A stretch of DNA of 64,000 bases from Mustelus asterias (lineage: Eukaryota). The notes below the pieces were generated by a model. The model had not been told where the DNA came from, did not search any database, and worked only from the letters and a program-made list of their open reading frames with translations. Below, one piece after another: positions 25,190-38,170 of this stretch. The translations under genes and the position numbers were made by a program. Numbering within the stretch: the stretch's first letter is position 1; each line of letters opens with the position of its first letter. The stretch spans positions 31,186,001 to 31,250,000 of the forward strand of contig NC_135825.1 in the NCBI RefSeq assembly GCF_964213995.1, written 5' to 3'.

Positions 25190-25390
25190 TGTAACTGTAA
25201 ATACCCATTGATTATGGAATCAATTAATGAACCAATCAGGGAGTCTTTTCCTTGTATTTAACTGGGAGTGTCAGTTCCTCTGGGACTCCTGCAGGTAGAT
25301 TGCTGACTGATAGAACTCTGTGTACCGATATTGGAATTGTAAATAAAGGGATTTTGGTGAAGGGACTTCTGCCTCCGAAGACTTACTACA
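25190..25390 (+). mobile_element. Short solo-LTR-like unit
   Basis: tgtaa...ccaatca...tatttaa...aataaa...tactaca. No clean TSD. Confidence 0.45.
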
Positions 25391-26115
25391 CATTCGCAGA
25401 CCTGTCAGAAATCCAGTATACAATATGTCAATCCAGCAAAACATTGCATAGGGCTTTGGGCAGAAGCAGCATGGAAATGGTAGTCAGTTCCATTAGCACA
25501 CTCATGGAACCAACCCTGGGCACAATGGCTGATGGCTAATGTCTCAGTTTCCATTACAGCACAGACAGAAACCCCCCAATGTCTGGGTGCGCTGAGACCT
25601 CCAGTCAGGCAGGCTCAAAATGCTGCCAGCATGGCTGCAGATACCAGTTCTCAAGGGAGCACTGTGCAGGGGGCTCACAGCATTCTGTGCTCCAATAGGG
25701 GGGATCACCTCAGGGCAATGGCACGGAGCACAAACCTGTTCAAGGTCATCATCTAAAGCCATCTGGAGCCTCTCCGACTGAAAGCAACATCCATCAGCCA
25801 GAGGCGCACGAGGACAGGCAAAGGCACACAGAAGAAAAGCATTAAGGCAATGCACAAGAATTAGTTGACTTTTGAATGCAATAAGACAGGCTTGGATTTC
25901 TAACTTTGCCTTGGAATGTTTATTTTGTGTTGGTTTTTATTTTTGCATTGTGGCCAAGTGGATACAGGTTCAGGACAGAGCGAAAGTAAAATGGGGGACT
26001 ATTACACACAGAGGCTCCTGCTGCCTCTGATTGTACTCCACATTGTCAGGCAAGTGACAGTGAGTGTGTAGTTGGACTCATGTGGTTGCTGCAGTGAATG
26101 GCTGGCTATGTGCGT

Positions 26116-26215
26116 ACAGTAAGAAGTCTCACAACACCAGGTTAAAGTCCAACAGGTTTTTTTTTTGTATCACCAGCTTTCGGAGTGCTGCTCCTTCATC
26201 AGGTGAGTGGAGAGC
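26116..26215 (-). mobile_element. PLE family-1 terminus with hammerhead motif
   Basis: acagtaagaagtctcacaacaccaggttaaagtccaacagg...gctttcggagtgctgctccttcatcaggtga. Confidence 0.8.
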
Positions 26216-27290
26216 TGTGAGGTGTGTAAGGGTGAGTGTGTGAATCTGTGTGTGTGCGTGTATGAGAGTGTTTCTGAACATGGGTTAAGTGTCAGTGTGT
26301 GTGTGACTGAGTGAGTTGAGTGTTTGTGTGTGTGTGTGAGTTTGTGTGTGTGGGTCTGTGTGTGTCTGTGAGAGAATGTGGTTGAGGGTCAGCGTGCATG
26401 AATGTGAGCATGTGTGGGTGTGTGTGTGTTTCCGTGTTATGCATGTGTGTGTTTGAGTCGGAGTGTGAGGGAGTGAGAACATGGGTGTGTGTGTGTGATT
26501 GTGTGTGTAAGTGTGCGAGGGTGTGCGTTTGTGTGAGTGAGCGTGAGCACGTGTATGAGAGTGAGAGAGTGAGAGAGTGAGTGTAAGAGCATGGGCATGT
26601 GTGTGTGTTTGTGCACACGTGCATGACTGTAAGTGTCTGAGCATGGGTGGTGTGTGTGAGCGTCAGCGTGCCAGTGTGTGCATTTTGTCTGTGTGAGTGA
26701 GTGTGAGTGTATGTATGAGACTGAGAGTGTGTATCTGTGAGTGTGCATTTATGAGTGAGAGTATGTCTGAGTGTGGGTCGTGTGTGAGTGGGTGAGAGAA
26801 ATGTTTGTGTGTGTGAGCCTGTGAGAGAGTGGTTGAGGGTCGGTGTTCTTGTGTGTGTCAGTGTGTGAGTGTGTGAGGGTCTATGTGAGTGTCTGAGTAG
26901 GGGTGATGTATATGTGAGTGAGAAAGCATTTCAGTACGTGTGTTTTATCTGCTTGTGACTGTGAGTGTGTATGTGAGGGTAAGGATGAATGTGTGAGTGT
27001 GAATACACATAAGTGTGAGTGAACGTGAGTGTAAGTGAGCATGAGTGTTTGTGAGCATGTGTGTGAATATAAGTGAGCATGATGGTGTATGAGTGAGTAC
27101 AAGTGTGTGTGTCTGAGTAAGAGAATGAGTGTGTGAGTATGAGAGTGTGTGAATGAATACACGACCGTGTGAGTGAATATGTGTGTGTTTGAACGAGTAC
27201 GAATGTGTGAGAATATGAATGTGTTGGGGCATCAGTGAGAGTGTGGGAATATGATGCGAGTGAGTATGAGTGTGTGTGAGTCAGAGTGTA
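26216..27290. repeat. Degenerate (TG/GA)n low-complexity tract
   Basis: About 1.1 kb of gtgtgtgagt-type sequence. It produces the spurious His/Thr ORFs. Confidence 0.95.
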
Positions 27291-28454
27291 TTAATTAGTA
27301 TAAATGTCTCTAGTCTAACTTCATAATATACCTTGGGGTTTCTGAACTGGTCCCTAGCAGAGTGCTGATGGGTGTGATGTGTGAGACTTGGATATGGTGC
27401 ATTAAGCACTATTTGAAACAGGTGATATAGTTGTGGGGAAAAAACATTTGAAGATTAATTCAGTACCCTATCTCTCCTGGGAGGTCACTAAACGTTTTTG
27501 GGTCTTGGTTCTTGTGGCATGATGCCTGGTGTTGACTGCTCCTTTGATCTGCCCTACTGGTTTCTGAGTTTTCGTCTGCAGAGCCTCCTGACTTGCAGTG
27601 GATCAAGTACATCTGTCCTACTCTGTTCCTTCTCATCCATGGGTCTGAGATCCTTGAATATGCTCTTTTCAAGCTGTTCCATGATTCAATGAGGCCGGAA
27701 CTTTACCGCCCCACCCATCACGGGAATTGGAGTGGGCGAGGGGCTGACCATGGAAAGGTCCATTGACTTCGGGCTGGATTTTATGGTTTCGAGACGAACG
27801 AGGCCTTAAAATCCCACCTAGTCTTTTTCCACATCAGTGCAAGTATGTCTGCCACAATACATCTCGCTTTGAAAAGATACAGGGCAGGTTTTGAGCTATG
27901 CTGGTTAGTTTTAACTCGTCTCTGATGATTTTCTTCTGAGGCTTGCAACTAGTCAACAGAAGAGTTAGCACCAGCTTTAATAATAGTAAAGGGCAAACAC
28001 CAGAGTTGGTATGCTGCCTATATCACATTGAATGTCTGTGAGGTAATCGTTCATGGTGAGCCCTGCATTCATTCTCGGGGCCTGTCCAATTTAGTCCCAT
28101 CCTATTTTCGTTTCCTTTAGTAAGTGAGCTAAATATTAGACTTTGTGGTGAAAAATTCCACTCGATTTCACATCTGGTGGAAGTTATCAACTGGTGGAAA
28201 ATAAACTAAAACTGAAATTTCTGTCTTAAACTCGATGTTCTGCCTGGAGAATTTACTGGCAATAGTAGCCAGAGGAAGGGAGCTTTTGGATACCTCAACA
28301 AAGGGTTAATATCCTCAGTAAAGTGTAGGATGGAACCAGCTACCACAAGAGTGGTTGAGCTGAATAGTACAGATGTCTTAAGGAAAAGTTACATATACAC
28401 GTGAGGGACAAAGGAAAGGAAGGTTTGGGAGGCAGCATCAGATGAAGAGGACCC

Positions 28455-28875
28455 TCAGATGTAGGAGCAGAAGTAGGCCATTCAGCCCATCGAATCTACT
28501 CCACCATTCTATGAGATCATGATTGATCAGATATAATACTCAACTCCACTTTCCCGCCTTATCTCCAAAACCCTTCGTTCCCTTTACTGATTAAAAATCT
28601 GTATATCTCAACCTCGAGCATTCTTAACAAACCAACCTCTTCAGCTCTCTGCAGTAAAGAATTCCACAGATTCACTACCCTCAGAGAAGAAATTCCTCCT
28701 CATCTCTGTCTTAAATGGCTGACATGATGTGGAGATGCCGGTGTTGGACTGGGGTAAACACAGTAAGAGTTTTAACAACACCAGGTTAAAGTCCAACAGG
28801 TTTATTTGGTAGCAAAACCAAATACTAAATGGCTGACCCCTTACTCTGAGATCATCTGGTCCTGGACTCTCCAAG
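28455..28875 (-). mobile_element. CR1 3' remnant containing a 102-bp PLE terminus (28724-28825)
   Basis: gtaggagcagaagtaggccattcagccc...aagaaattcctcctcatctctgtcttaaatgg. The PLE piece is flanked by a 12-bp TSD taaatggctgac. Confidence 0.8.
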
Positions 28876-30317
28876 GGTGGGAGGAAACTGGTGTGGTGCA
28901 TACGCACTGCCATGGGCCAAGTGGGCCAGTCTCTATGGTGCAAATTCTAAATAATTCTGCGTAAAATGCATCATAATCCAAAGGATGATAGACCCAGGAA
29001 TTCTCTCTTACGGACAGTGTCGTATACTGAGCAAGTAATTAATGTGGTTTCCCCATTCACAATATAGTCAGAACTTGGGGTGCATGAGGGCATTATAGGG
29101 TTACACTGGTGTTTCAGCATTTTTCAAATAACTCAATGCAAAATGCAAGTTTGGTATTTCCATCCCTGTGCATGTATCTGCAAGTTCCCTTTTAAGTGGT
29201 TACACCGACTTTCTCTGAAATACCACAAGTTAAAATCTACTTGGAATTAAGTCAGGAATCCTGCACCAGCTGGCCTGCATTTTCAAAACAGTACTCATAG
29301 AGGAACATTTGGCTCAATTTCAAAAATAAAGTATGGAACCAACATAAGAAAAAAAACACTAGTCTAAAGTAACATACATTTGGAGAGCTCATGCCAAGAA
29401 CAACATACGGTGCAGAAAAATGGCATTTGTGAACCGGATTCCGAAAAAAATACGAAAGTGGTTTCAATTCAATACAAACTGATATGAGTACAGTAGTCTC
29501 TTTTATTTCCTGTTTTGTTCTGATGTGCCTATATTAGTGGGATTTGCAGGTGGTAAATTTAAGGAGAGAGTACTATTGTTCTTGAGTGAGAAGGTCAGCA
29601 TTTTAAAATCATTGTGAGTAAAACCTAGCAGCACTCACTTACCCCAACTTTGGAATGTTATACCTTGTAGAAGGCTTTCTGATAAATTTGCAAAAGAAAT
29701 GCTGTAATCCTGGGTTTTCAAATTCATCTTAAAATAAGAGCAATCAGAAATATTTACCTTTTATTCATTCTAATCACTTCTTGCTCAGTAGAAACCTCTC
29801 AATGGGAACAACCCGATGGCGAATAAAGCATCCCCTTTACCCAAATGTTCCGACTTAACAAAGAGTGTTGAATGAATTGGGAAATGAGTCAGTTCCTGAG
29901 TAAATGTTCCAATAGCAGGGAGCCCATTAACGAGTATGTATTGTATCATGGAATGTCATTACCACAAACGTTAGGTGATGAAAAATAGAACTGTGACCTG
30001 CAAAGTGATGGCTTTAATATATTTTAGATCCGAAAGATGATTAAATGCACTTTATAGATTTGAGTTGATGGATATTGTGCTGAACTATTGATGTTTTATT
30101 TAGTTAGACTTGCACATACCAATGGACAGCTCACTGCTACATTTAATCAGATTTATTGTCGTAAGTCCTTACTTTTCCTTTTTCACATATGATCATTGGA
30201 CTACGTTCACAGTCATTTGCAATCACTCATGGCTTGTGCAAATGTATGTCTCTTCTATGATTTCCCTTCCAACAGTCTGAACTGACTTCTTGACAAATAA
30301 GGTAAATGTATTCTGTT

Positions 30318-30412
30318 TCACTCTCCGCAGATGCTGCCTGACCTGCTGAGTGTTTCCAGCACTTTCCATTTTTAATTTCAGATTTCCAGCATCTGCAATA
30401 TTTTGCTTTTGT
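30318..30412 (+). mobile_element. PLE family-2 terminus (others at 34865-34950, 38255-38410, 39380-39590, 53158-53257, 60280-60420)
   Basis: cagatgctgcctgacctgctgag...tttcagatttccagcatctgca...ttttgctttt. Confidence 0.7.
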
Positions 30413-30598
30413 ATTTATTTACATAATCTCTCTTCGTAATTTAACCCTGAAGGACCTGGTAATATTCAGGCAAATCTGCACTTCACTCAATCCAAGGACA
30501 ATATATTATTTGAGGTATGGTGTCCACAACTGTACGCAATGCTCCAAAAGCAGTCTAATCAGGGCTTTGTATACCTCTAGCAAGACTTTGGTCCCTTA

Positions 30599-30771
30599 TC
30601 ATAGAAACCCTACAGTGCAGAAAGAGGCCATTCGGCCCATCGAGTCTGCACCGACCACAATCCCACCCAGGCCCTATCCCCATATATTTACCCACTAATC
30701 CCTCTAACCTACGCATCTCAGGACACTAAGGGCAATTTTTAGCATGGCCAATCAACCTAACCTGCACATCT
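30599..30771 (-). mobile_element. HE1 SINE, 3' half
   Basis: catagaaaccctacagtgcagaaagaggccattcggccc... Confidence 0.88.
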
Positions 30772-31265
30772 TATCATTCTCTAATTGTAAAATCTAATCT
30801 CTTTGAATTTTTTTTGTATCAAATACATTTTAATGACCTGTGTACATGGATCTCTATATCACGTTGGCCTTTCAATGCTCCTAGCCTTTCACTATTTCAA
30901 TTGTGTCAGTGTCCAAAATAATTGACTTCACATGACTGTATTGAAAGCCATCTGGCACAGTTTTGACCAATCACAAAATCTACCAGTCTCTTTGTAATTT
31001 TACACTACAGCAAATCCCCGCTTTAAGTCACCCAGCTAAACTTTGCTTCATTTTAAAGCTGTTCTTTCCCCTTCATGGCCTGTTTTCCCATTGGCACTTA
31101 CATTTTTACATCGTCAGCAATAGATATATTTTGGCTTTCTCCACTGTTCTTTGTATCTATCCAGTTCCCTGGACAGATACTATACATTGTATTTTTATAT
31201 GCTCTTTCTTCAAGCTTTATGTTACCTTTTACCTCGTGTGGACCATAATTGTTTTGTTCAACAAG

Positions 31266-31625
31266 ATGTGGAGATGCCGGCGTTGGACTGGGGTAAACAC
31301 AGGAAGAGTTTTAACAACACCAGGTTAAAGTCCAACAGGTTTATTTGGTAGCAAATGCCATTAGCTTTCGGAACGCTGCTCCTTCGTCAGATGGAGTGGA
31401 AATCTGCTCTCAAACAGGGCACAGAGACACAAAATCAAGTTACAGAATACTGATTAGAATGCGAATCTCTACAGCCAACCTTGGCTGTAGAGATTCGCAT
31501 TCTAATCAGTATTCTGTAACTTGATTTTGTGTCTCTGTGCCCTGTTTGAGAACAGATTTCCACTCCATCTGACGAAGGAGCAGCGCTCCGAAAGCTAATG
31601 GCATTTGCTACCAAATAAACCTGTT
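31266..31625. mobile_element. Young PLE fold-back mini-element: 145-bp near-perfect palindrome with two hammerhead motifs
   Basis: Arms 31334-31478 and 31481-31625, 2-nt spacer, about 2 mismatches. TSD tttgttcaacaag at 31253-31265 and 31624-31636. Confidence 0.92.
31565..31601 (+). ncRNA. Minimal hammerhead ribozyme motif (mirror on - strand at 31358-31394)
   Basis: ccat CTGACGA aggagc-agc-gctcc GAAA gc TA atgg. Stem I ccat/atgg covaries with tcac/gtga in other copies. Confidence 0.8.
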
Positions 31626-32124
31626 TGTTCAACAAGGACAGCTCTTGATCATTCAGGGTATATACAGCTCATGTATTCAAGTAAATTCTTTTATGAACAT
31701 CTCCCATTGTTTATTTGTAGTCTTACCTAATGACAGTTTTGAGCAGTTTGCTGTTACCAGTTTCTGTCTCAATCTGTGAAAATTAGCCTTGCCAAGATCT
31801 TAGGCCAAGATTTCCGGCCCTTCCGCCACGGCAGACACAACAAGTCAACCAAATTTCCATTGACTTCAGCAGGATTGGAAGATTCCGCTGATGGGTGGGA
31901 CCAGAAAATTCCACCTTTTAGCAACTGCATCTTAGTAATTGTGTTCTTTCTCCTTTCCAACCTAACATTGAATTTGATCACTGTTAGATAACTATCCCAT
32001 TGCTGTTATATTACATTGTTATATTACATTATTATATTATATTCAGAGACCAGAAGATCTGGGCCATTAACTTTCAGATATCAAAGATATATTACTTGTT
32101 GGATAAGGTCAACAAGACCTAGAG

Positions 32125-32326
32125 TCATAGAATCCCTAAAGTACAAAAGGAGGCCATTTGGCCCATCAAGTCTGCACTGACTCTCTGACTGAGCAGAGCA
32201 TCCCACCCAGGCCCTATCCCCATACCCCCACATATTTACTCCACTAATTTCCCGTAACCAACACATTTTGGGACACTAAGGGGCAATTTAGCATGGCCAA
32301 TGCATCTAAGGTGCACATCTTTGGAC
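32125..32326 (-). mobile_element. HE1 SINE, 3' half
   Basis: Reverse HE1 tail and V-domain. Confidence 0.8.
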
Positions 32327-32819
32327 TTGCAGGATCTTCTCCTGTATCTCCTTTTGGTTTGTCCTCACCATGCTGACTGTCAGCATGGTGAGGACATTCC
32401 TGTAGCTGTGCTTTCCTCTGAGGCATACCTATGATCTGGAGAAGATTATCTCCCTTATGTTTTGGGAGTATCTCTAATGCATACTACAGCAGCTGTTGGA
32501 GACCTAGGCAGACTGCCTAGACGTCTGAGTTCAAGAGGCCATGAGGAGGGGATGTTCCCATTTGTGGCTGGGAGACAAGCTAATCTGGGTCAGGTGGTCA
32601 TGGGACCACCACGGGCAATGGGTGCTCCATGGACTGAATCTGCTACCTCGCTGATTAGAGATCAGACTGCACTCTTGATGGCATCCTGGTGAATGTCTAC
32701 AGTAAATAGTTGGTTTCTTAGAGCTAAGCTCTTCCATTAATGCTTATAAAGATCTGATGCCAATGGAATAAAGAATCCCTGTTTTGTTGTCTTCTGGCAG
32801 TTCGTGTCTCACATTACAA

Positions 32820-33660
32820 TAGTTTTGTGAAAGGGAAATTGTGTTTGACAAATTTATTAGAGTTCTTTGAAGGTGTAACAATCAGGATGGATAAAGGGAT
32901 ACCAGTAGATGTAATGTATTTGGATTTCCAAAAGGCATTCGAAGAGGTGCCGCATAAAAAGTAAGAGTTCATTGCAGGAGGGTATTGGGGGTGATACTTG
33001 CTTGAATAGAGGATTGGATAACTAACAAGAAACAGAGAGGCTGGGTAAATTGAGTGCCCCAGGCAGTTGGCTAAAGGAACCGACTATATTGTAGCCAAAT
33101 TTGCTCATGATACAAAGATAGGTAGGAAAGCAAGGTGTGAGGAGGATACAAATAGTCTGCAAAGGGATATAGATAGGTTAAATGAAGGGGAAAATATTTG
33201 GCTGATGGCATATAATGTGGGAAAATGTGAGGTTGTCCACTTTGGCAGGAAGAATAGAACAGCAGAATGCTGCAGTAAGGGGGACCCGAGTGTCCTTCTA
33301 CATAAATCACAGGACATTAGCATGCTGGTACAGCAAGTATCTAGGAAGCCACACACATGCATATCTAGGAAGCCAAATTGAATGCTGCCCTTATTGCAAG
33401 AGGGATGGAGTGGAAAAGTAGAGAAGTTTTACTACAATTGTACAGGGCATTGGTGAGACCACATCTCATGTATTGTACAGGAGGGATATACTTGCATTTG
33501 GAGCAGTTCAGAGGGAGTTCACTAGACTGAGTCCTGCAATGAAATGGGTTTCTTATGGGGAACGGTTGAACGGGTTAGGCCAATACTCACTGGAGTTTAG
33601 AAGAATGAAAGGAGATCTTATTGTAACACATAAAATTCTGAGGGGGTTTGACAAGGCAAA
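32820..33660 (+). mobile_element. Old CR1 RT fragment
   Basis: YLDFQKAF, AKFAHDTKIG, CEVVHFGRKN, YSLEFRRMKGDLI. Confidence 0.85.
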
Positions 33661-33957
33661 TCAGCATTGTTCAACATATGGCCTGAAGGCCATAGTTTGG
33701 CCCACCAAAGGATTGTAACCAGCGGCCAATCATCATAATGGTTAACGTGGAAGGTGTTATGCTGAAAGTTACCATAAATGTCTAACTTCTCCAAGGATTT
33801 TCCCACCAGCTTTTCTGGATGTTGATATTTAGATTGGACACAGGGTCGAGTCTGTGCTGCGAGGACTGGATTAGTGAATGGAGCCAAGAACTTGTACCAG
33901 AGTTGGTACAAACCCATAAAATGGCTGCCATCATGAAGAAAGGGAGAGCGCGAGGAA

Positions 33958-34622
33958 GAGAATCAGAGAATCAGAAAATCCCTACAGTGCAGAAGGAAGC
34001 CATTCGGCCCATCAAGCTTGCACTAACAACAATCCCACCCAGGCCCCATTCCCATAACCCCACAAATTTACACTGCTAATCCCCCTGACACTAAAGGTCA
34101 ATTTAGCATGGTCAATCAACCTAACATGCACATCTTTGGATTGTGGGAGAAAACTGGAGCATCCGGAGGAAACCCACGCAGACACGGGGAGAATGTGCAA
34201 ACTCCATACAGACAATCACCTGAGGCTGGTATTGAACCCAGTCCCTGGCGCTGTGAGGCAGCGGTGCTAACCATTGTGCTCCTCTGTCTTCTGCTCATAC
34301 TAAAATATTTTAGAATCCCTAGAGTGCAGAAGGAGGCCATTCAGCCCATCAAGCCTGCACCAACTCTCTGACAGAGTATCTTACCAACACCCTCTCCCCT
34401 GCCCCAACCCCATAACCCATTTACCATGGTGAATCCATCTAACCTATACATCTTTGGACACTAAGGGGCAATTCAGCATGGCCAATCCACCTAACCTGCA
34501 CGTCTTTCGACTGTGGGAGGAAATCGGAGCACCCGGAGGAAACCCACGCAGACACAAGGAGAATACCCGAGTCCGGAATTGAATTGGGTCCATGGAGCTG
34601 TGAAGCAGCAGTGCCACCGTGC
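33958..34622 (-). mobile_element. Two tandem HE1 SINEs
   Basis: Copies at about 33958-34278 and 34312-34622. Confidence 0.88.
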
Positions 34623-35154
34623 TGGCCCTTATGAAAAGGCGAAGGAATGCAAATGGAATTTTAGCTGTATCGATGTAAAAGTGATGTCATCAGCAAAGAA
34701 CAAATCTCAAAAAATCCACTTCCCTGTGCTCCCTAGGAAATGGTGGTTTTATGTTTAGTCCAAATCAACTTAAATTTACTCTCAAGTAAAACTACTGGGG
34801 AGACTTTCTTGTAAAAAGATTATAAAATTTTACCACAGAAATACTTAGCTTACAGAATGTCCGCCGAAACAAAATACTACGGATACTGGTCAGGCAGCGT
34901 CCGTGGAGAGAGAAACAGTGAGCATTTCAGGTCAATGACATTCTGTCACAATTGCAGAATTTCCACCTTTTTTATATTCAAACAATTAAGGTTGCTTGTC
35001 AATTAAAAGAGGCAGTGAACGCTGCCTTCTTAAAGTGGTACCATTAACAAACTCACTTAAACAGAACATTTAAAGGAAACTTCATTTGAGGCACTATTGC
35101 TGAGGTGAACAAATTTCTAAATCTTTATTCAACGAATGATAACAGTAAAAATTA

Positions 35155-35797
35155 CAAAGAACGAAGTAAAGTACAGCACAGGAACAGGCTCTTCGGCCCT
35201 CCAAGCCTGCGCTGATCATGATGCCTGCCTAAGCTAAAACCGTATGCACTTATGGAGTCGGTATCCTTCAATTCCTATCCTATTCATGTATTTGTCTGGT
35301 TGCCCCTTAAATGCCGCTATCGTATCTGCTCCCACCACCTCTCCAGGCATCGCGTTCCAGCCATTCACAACCCTCTGTGTAAAAAAAGTGCCTCGCACAT
35401 CTCCTCTAAACTTTTCCCCGTGCACATTAAACCTATGTCCCTGAGTACTTGGCTTTTCTACGCTAGGAAAAAGCATCTGACTATCCACTCTGTCCATGCC
35501 CCTCATAATCCTGTAAACCTTTATCAGGTCACCCCTCAATTTCTGCCGTTCCAGCGAGAACAGACCGAGTTTATCCAACCTCTCCTCATAGCTAATACCC
35601 TCCAGACTGGGCAACATCCTTGTAAACCTCTTCTGTAGCCTCTCCAAAGCATCCGCATCATTCTGGTAGTGTGGCGACCAGAGTTGTACGCAATATTGCA
35701 AATGAGGCCGAACTAAGGTTCTGTCCAGCTGTAGCATGACCTGCCGATTTTTATACTCAATGCCCCGACCGATGAAGGCACACATGCCGTATGCCTA
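35155..35797 (-). mobile_element. 5'-truncated CR1
   Basis: LVRPHLQYCVQLWSP...FSLERQKLRGDLI...FFTQRVVNGWN plus a CR1 3' UTR. Confidence 0.92.
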
Positions 35798-36292
35798 ATG
35801 TAATGAGGGTAGTAAGTGCCCCCTTCTTAAAAGGGGCACATATAGATGGGGCATGGCTGCTGAATTTTCTTTCAATGGTTTAATGGTTAAAAAAATTATT
35901 TAATAGCATTTTCCCTGAGAACTCAGGAATTTGTGTTTAATGGTTCTGTGCTGGTTTCTTATCGCACCATTACAAACTTGGAGGAAATGTTAAGTACACA
36001 TTTATATATTCTTAGTATATTATGCTATGAGTAATATTTTAACAAGGGATTTCTACTCTTCTTCAGTGTTGAAGCCAAAGAGTGTATATCTTTTCCATTT
36101 TATTGATAACAAGAAATTATCACAAGAAATAACATGTGGAACATGGGAAAAAGTCATTTATATAAATAAGAACAAAGACTAGTTTCGGAGATAAGACAGG
36201 AGGGAAAATAAGAATTGAAGATGAAAAATTCACTGCATGAGGACAGAAAGTATCTAGACAATTTCTGTATTTGGAAAGAAATTGAAATAATA

Positions 36293-36482
36293 TAGAATCA
36301 TAGAACCCCTACAGTGCAGTGGGAGGCCATTCGGCCCATCAAGTCTGTACCAACAACAATCCCACCCAGCCCCTATCCCCACAACCCCATGGATTAACCC
36401 CGCTAATTACCCTAACTTACATACCTTGGGACACTAAGGAACAACTTAGCATGGCCGATCTACCTAACCTGCACATCTTTGG
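36293..36482 (-). mobile_element. HE1 SINE, 3' half
   Basis: Reverse HE1 tail and V-domain. Confidence 0.82.
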
Positions 36483-36811
36483 CATTTGAGTAAGTTCATT
36501 GGAAAGAAACTATTCAGTCACTATCAGAGCAGCTACTGTGTCAGTTCTGGCTCAGTGGTTACACTCTCACCAGTACCTCCAAAGGTTGTGGGTTTGGGTT
36601 CAACGCAGGTGATTATAAAATCTCCAGCTGACATTTCAGTGCAGTACTAAGGGAGTGCTATGCTAATCGAAGTATTGTGTTTCAGATGAGACATTAAACT
36701 GAGTGGATATAAAATATTCCATTGTATAATTTCAAAGAGTAAGGAAATTACCCCGTGTCTTGACCAATGGTAACCCCTCAAACACCATATCAAAAAAATC
36801 TGACCATTATC

Positions 36812-37502
36812 ATGGGCAGAAGTTTCAGGATGGCGAGCACCGAGCTGAACGTGTACCCGTCGACTTTCAGAAGAACACTGCCATTTCACAATTCTCTGTC
36901 CTTGAAAGGAAGCCCCACCTTGGAGATATGTCGGTCAATCTCATTGTCTGACAGCTCTCTCAACTGTCTGGGCACAACCATGCAGTGACCAGAAGATTTA
37001 CTGCAGCATATTGCAGTGCTCTGTCTGGAGCTAAGTCCCGGAGGTTAGGGGATGTCCTGGGGATCAGGAGAGGAGTAATCATAGCATTGGGAAGTTGACT
37101 GGGGTTGGGGGGGTGAGGTGTGAAGGAGGGCCAGAGATCCAAGGTCCTGGAGGGGTAGGTCCCCAAACCTGAAGGGGCCTTCAGATTAGGCACATCCCCC
37201 ACCCCCCCTCCCGCCACTCTCTCACCTGAAATGGAGAATTGTTTCTTTTTTCGGTTTCCCATCCTGCTCTGACCCGTGCCCACCTGCCTAAAAATTGAGG
37301 CTGGGTGGGAAAAGGCTCTCAAGTGGCTATAAAGTGGGTCTTAATTGGGGAAAGAGTGCATTTCCTACCGAGGCCCTGCCTGCCCAAGTATGGTATTACA
37401 TCTGGATCAGGATGGTGGGATCCCGGAGAGAATCCCATCCATACAATTTTATGCCCCTGCCCCACCTCAAAACCTGCAGGGGAGAGTGTAAAATTGTGCC
37501 CC
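36812..37502. mobile_element. Harbinger-like MITE inside a Deu-type SINE (about 36535-37610)
   Basis: Termini gggcagaagttt / aaaattgtgccc. SINE sequence is continuous on both sides. Confidence 0.5.
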
Positions 37503-37719
37503 ATATTGCCATTTGTGGGATCTTGCTGCTTAGAAATTACAACAGTGACTGAAGCTGGCTGTATATTGCCGTGGCACATCTGGAGGTTGTAAACAATGCT
37601 ATATAGTTTCCTTTTTTTTACTGTAAGCAACGCTTCCTCACAACTACTTGTTTCTATTGTGAAAATTTCATTTGAGGTTCTCCCTTTCTTCTCTGTTGAA
37701 TACATTGAGCCATTATTAA

Positions 37720-38170
37720 GCAATGTCAGCTTAGGTTCAATGGCAGCTAACTCGTCTCTCCGTTGGCAAGTTGTGGGTTCAAGTCCCACTCCAGAGACTG
37801 AGCATAAAACCCAGGCTGTCATTCCCTGTGGAGTACTGCAGGAATGCTGCATAGTTCAAGGCATTTCCTTTTTGGTGAGACATTCAACTGAGTCCCTGTC
37901 TACCCTTTCCAGTGGGTGTACAAGATCCTGTGGCACCATTTTGAGGAATAAGTGGGCAGTTCTTTCTAGGGTACTGTTCAATGTTTATCCCTCAATCAAC
38001 ATTATTAAAACAGATTATCTGGTCATTATCACATTTCTGTTTGTGGGGATTTGCTTGGTGCGAGGGTTTGCTACACTACAACAGTAACTACACTTCTAAA
38101 ATGCTTCATTGGTTATAAAGTGTTCTGGGATGGCCTGCAGTCCTGAAAGACACTATATCATTGCAAGGCC
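37720..38170 (+). mobile_element. SacSINE1/Deu-type SINE (others at about 40315-40630 + and 47300-47750 -)
   Basis: tRNA-like head gttgtgggttcaagtcccactccagagac, central cagattatctggtcattatcacatt, L2-like tail. Confidence 0.7.

Noticed and set aside
26285-27232. His/Thr-rich ORFs
   Set aside because: They are translations of (CA)n-like low-complexity DNA.
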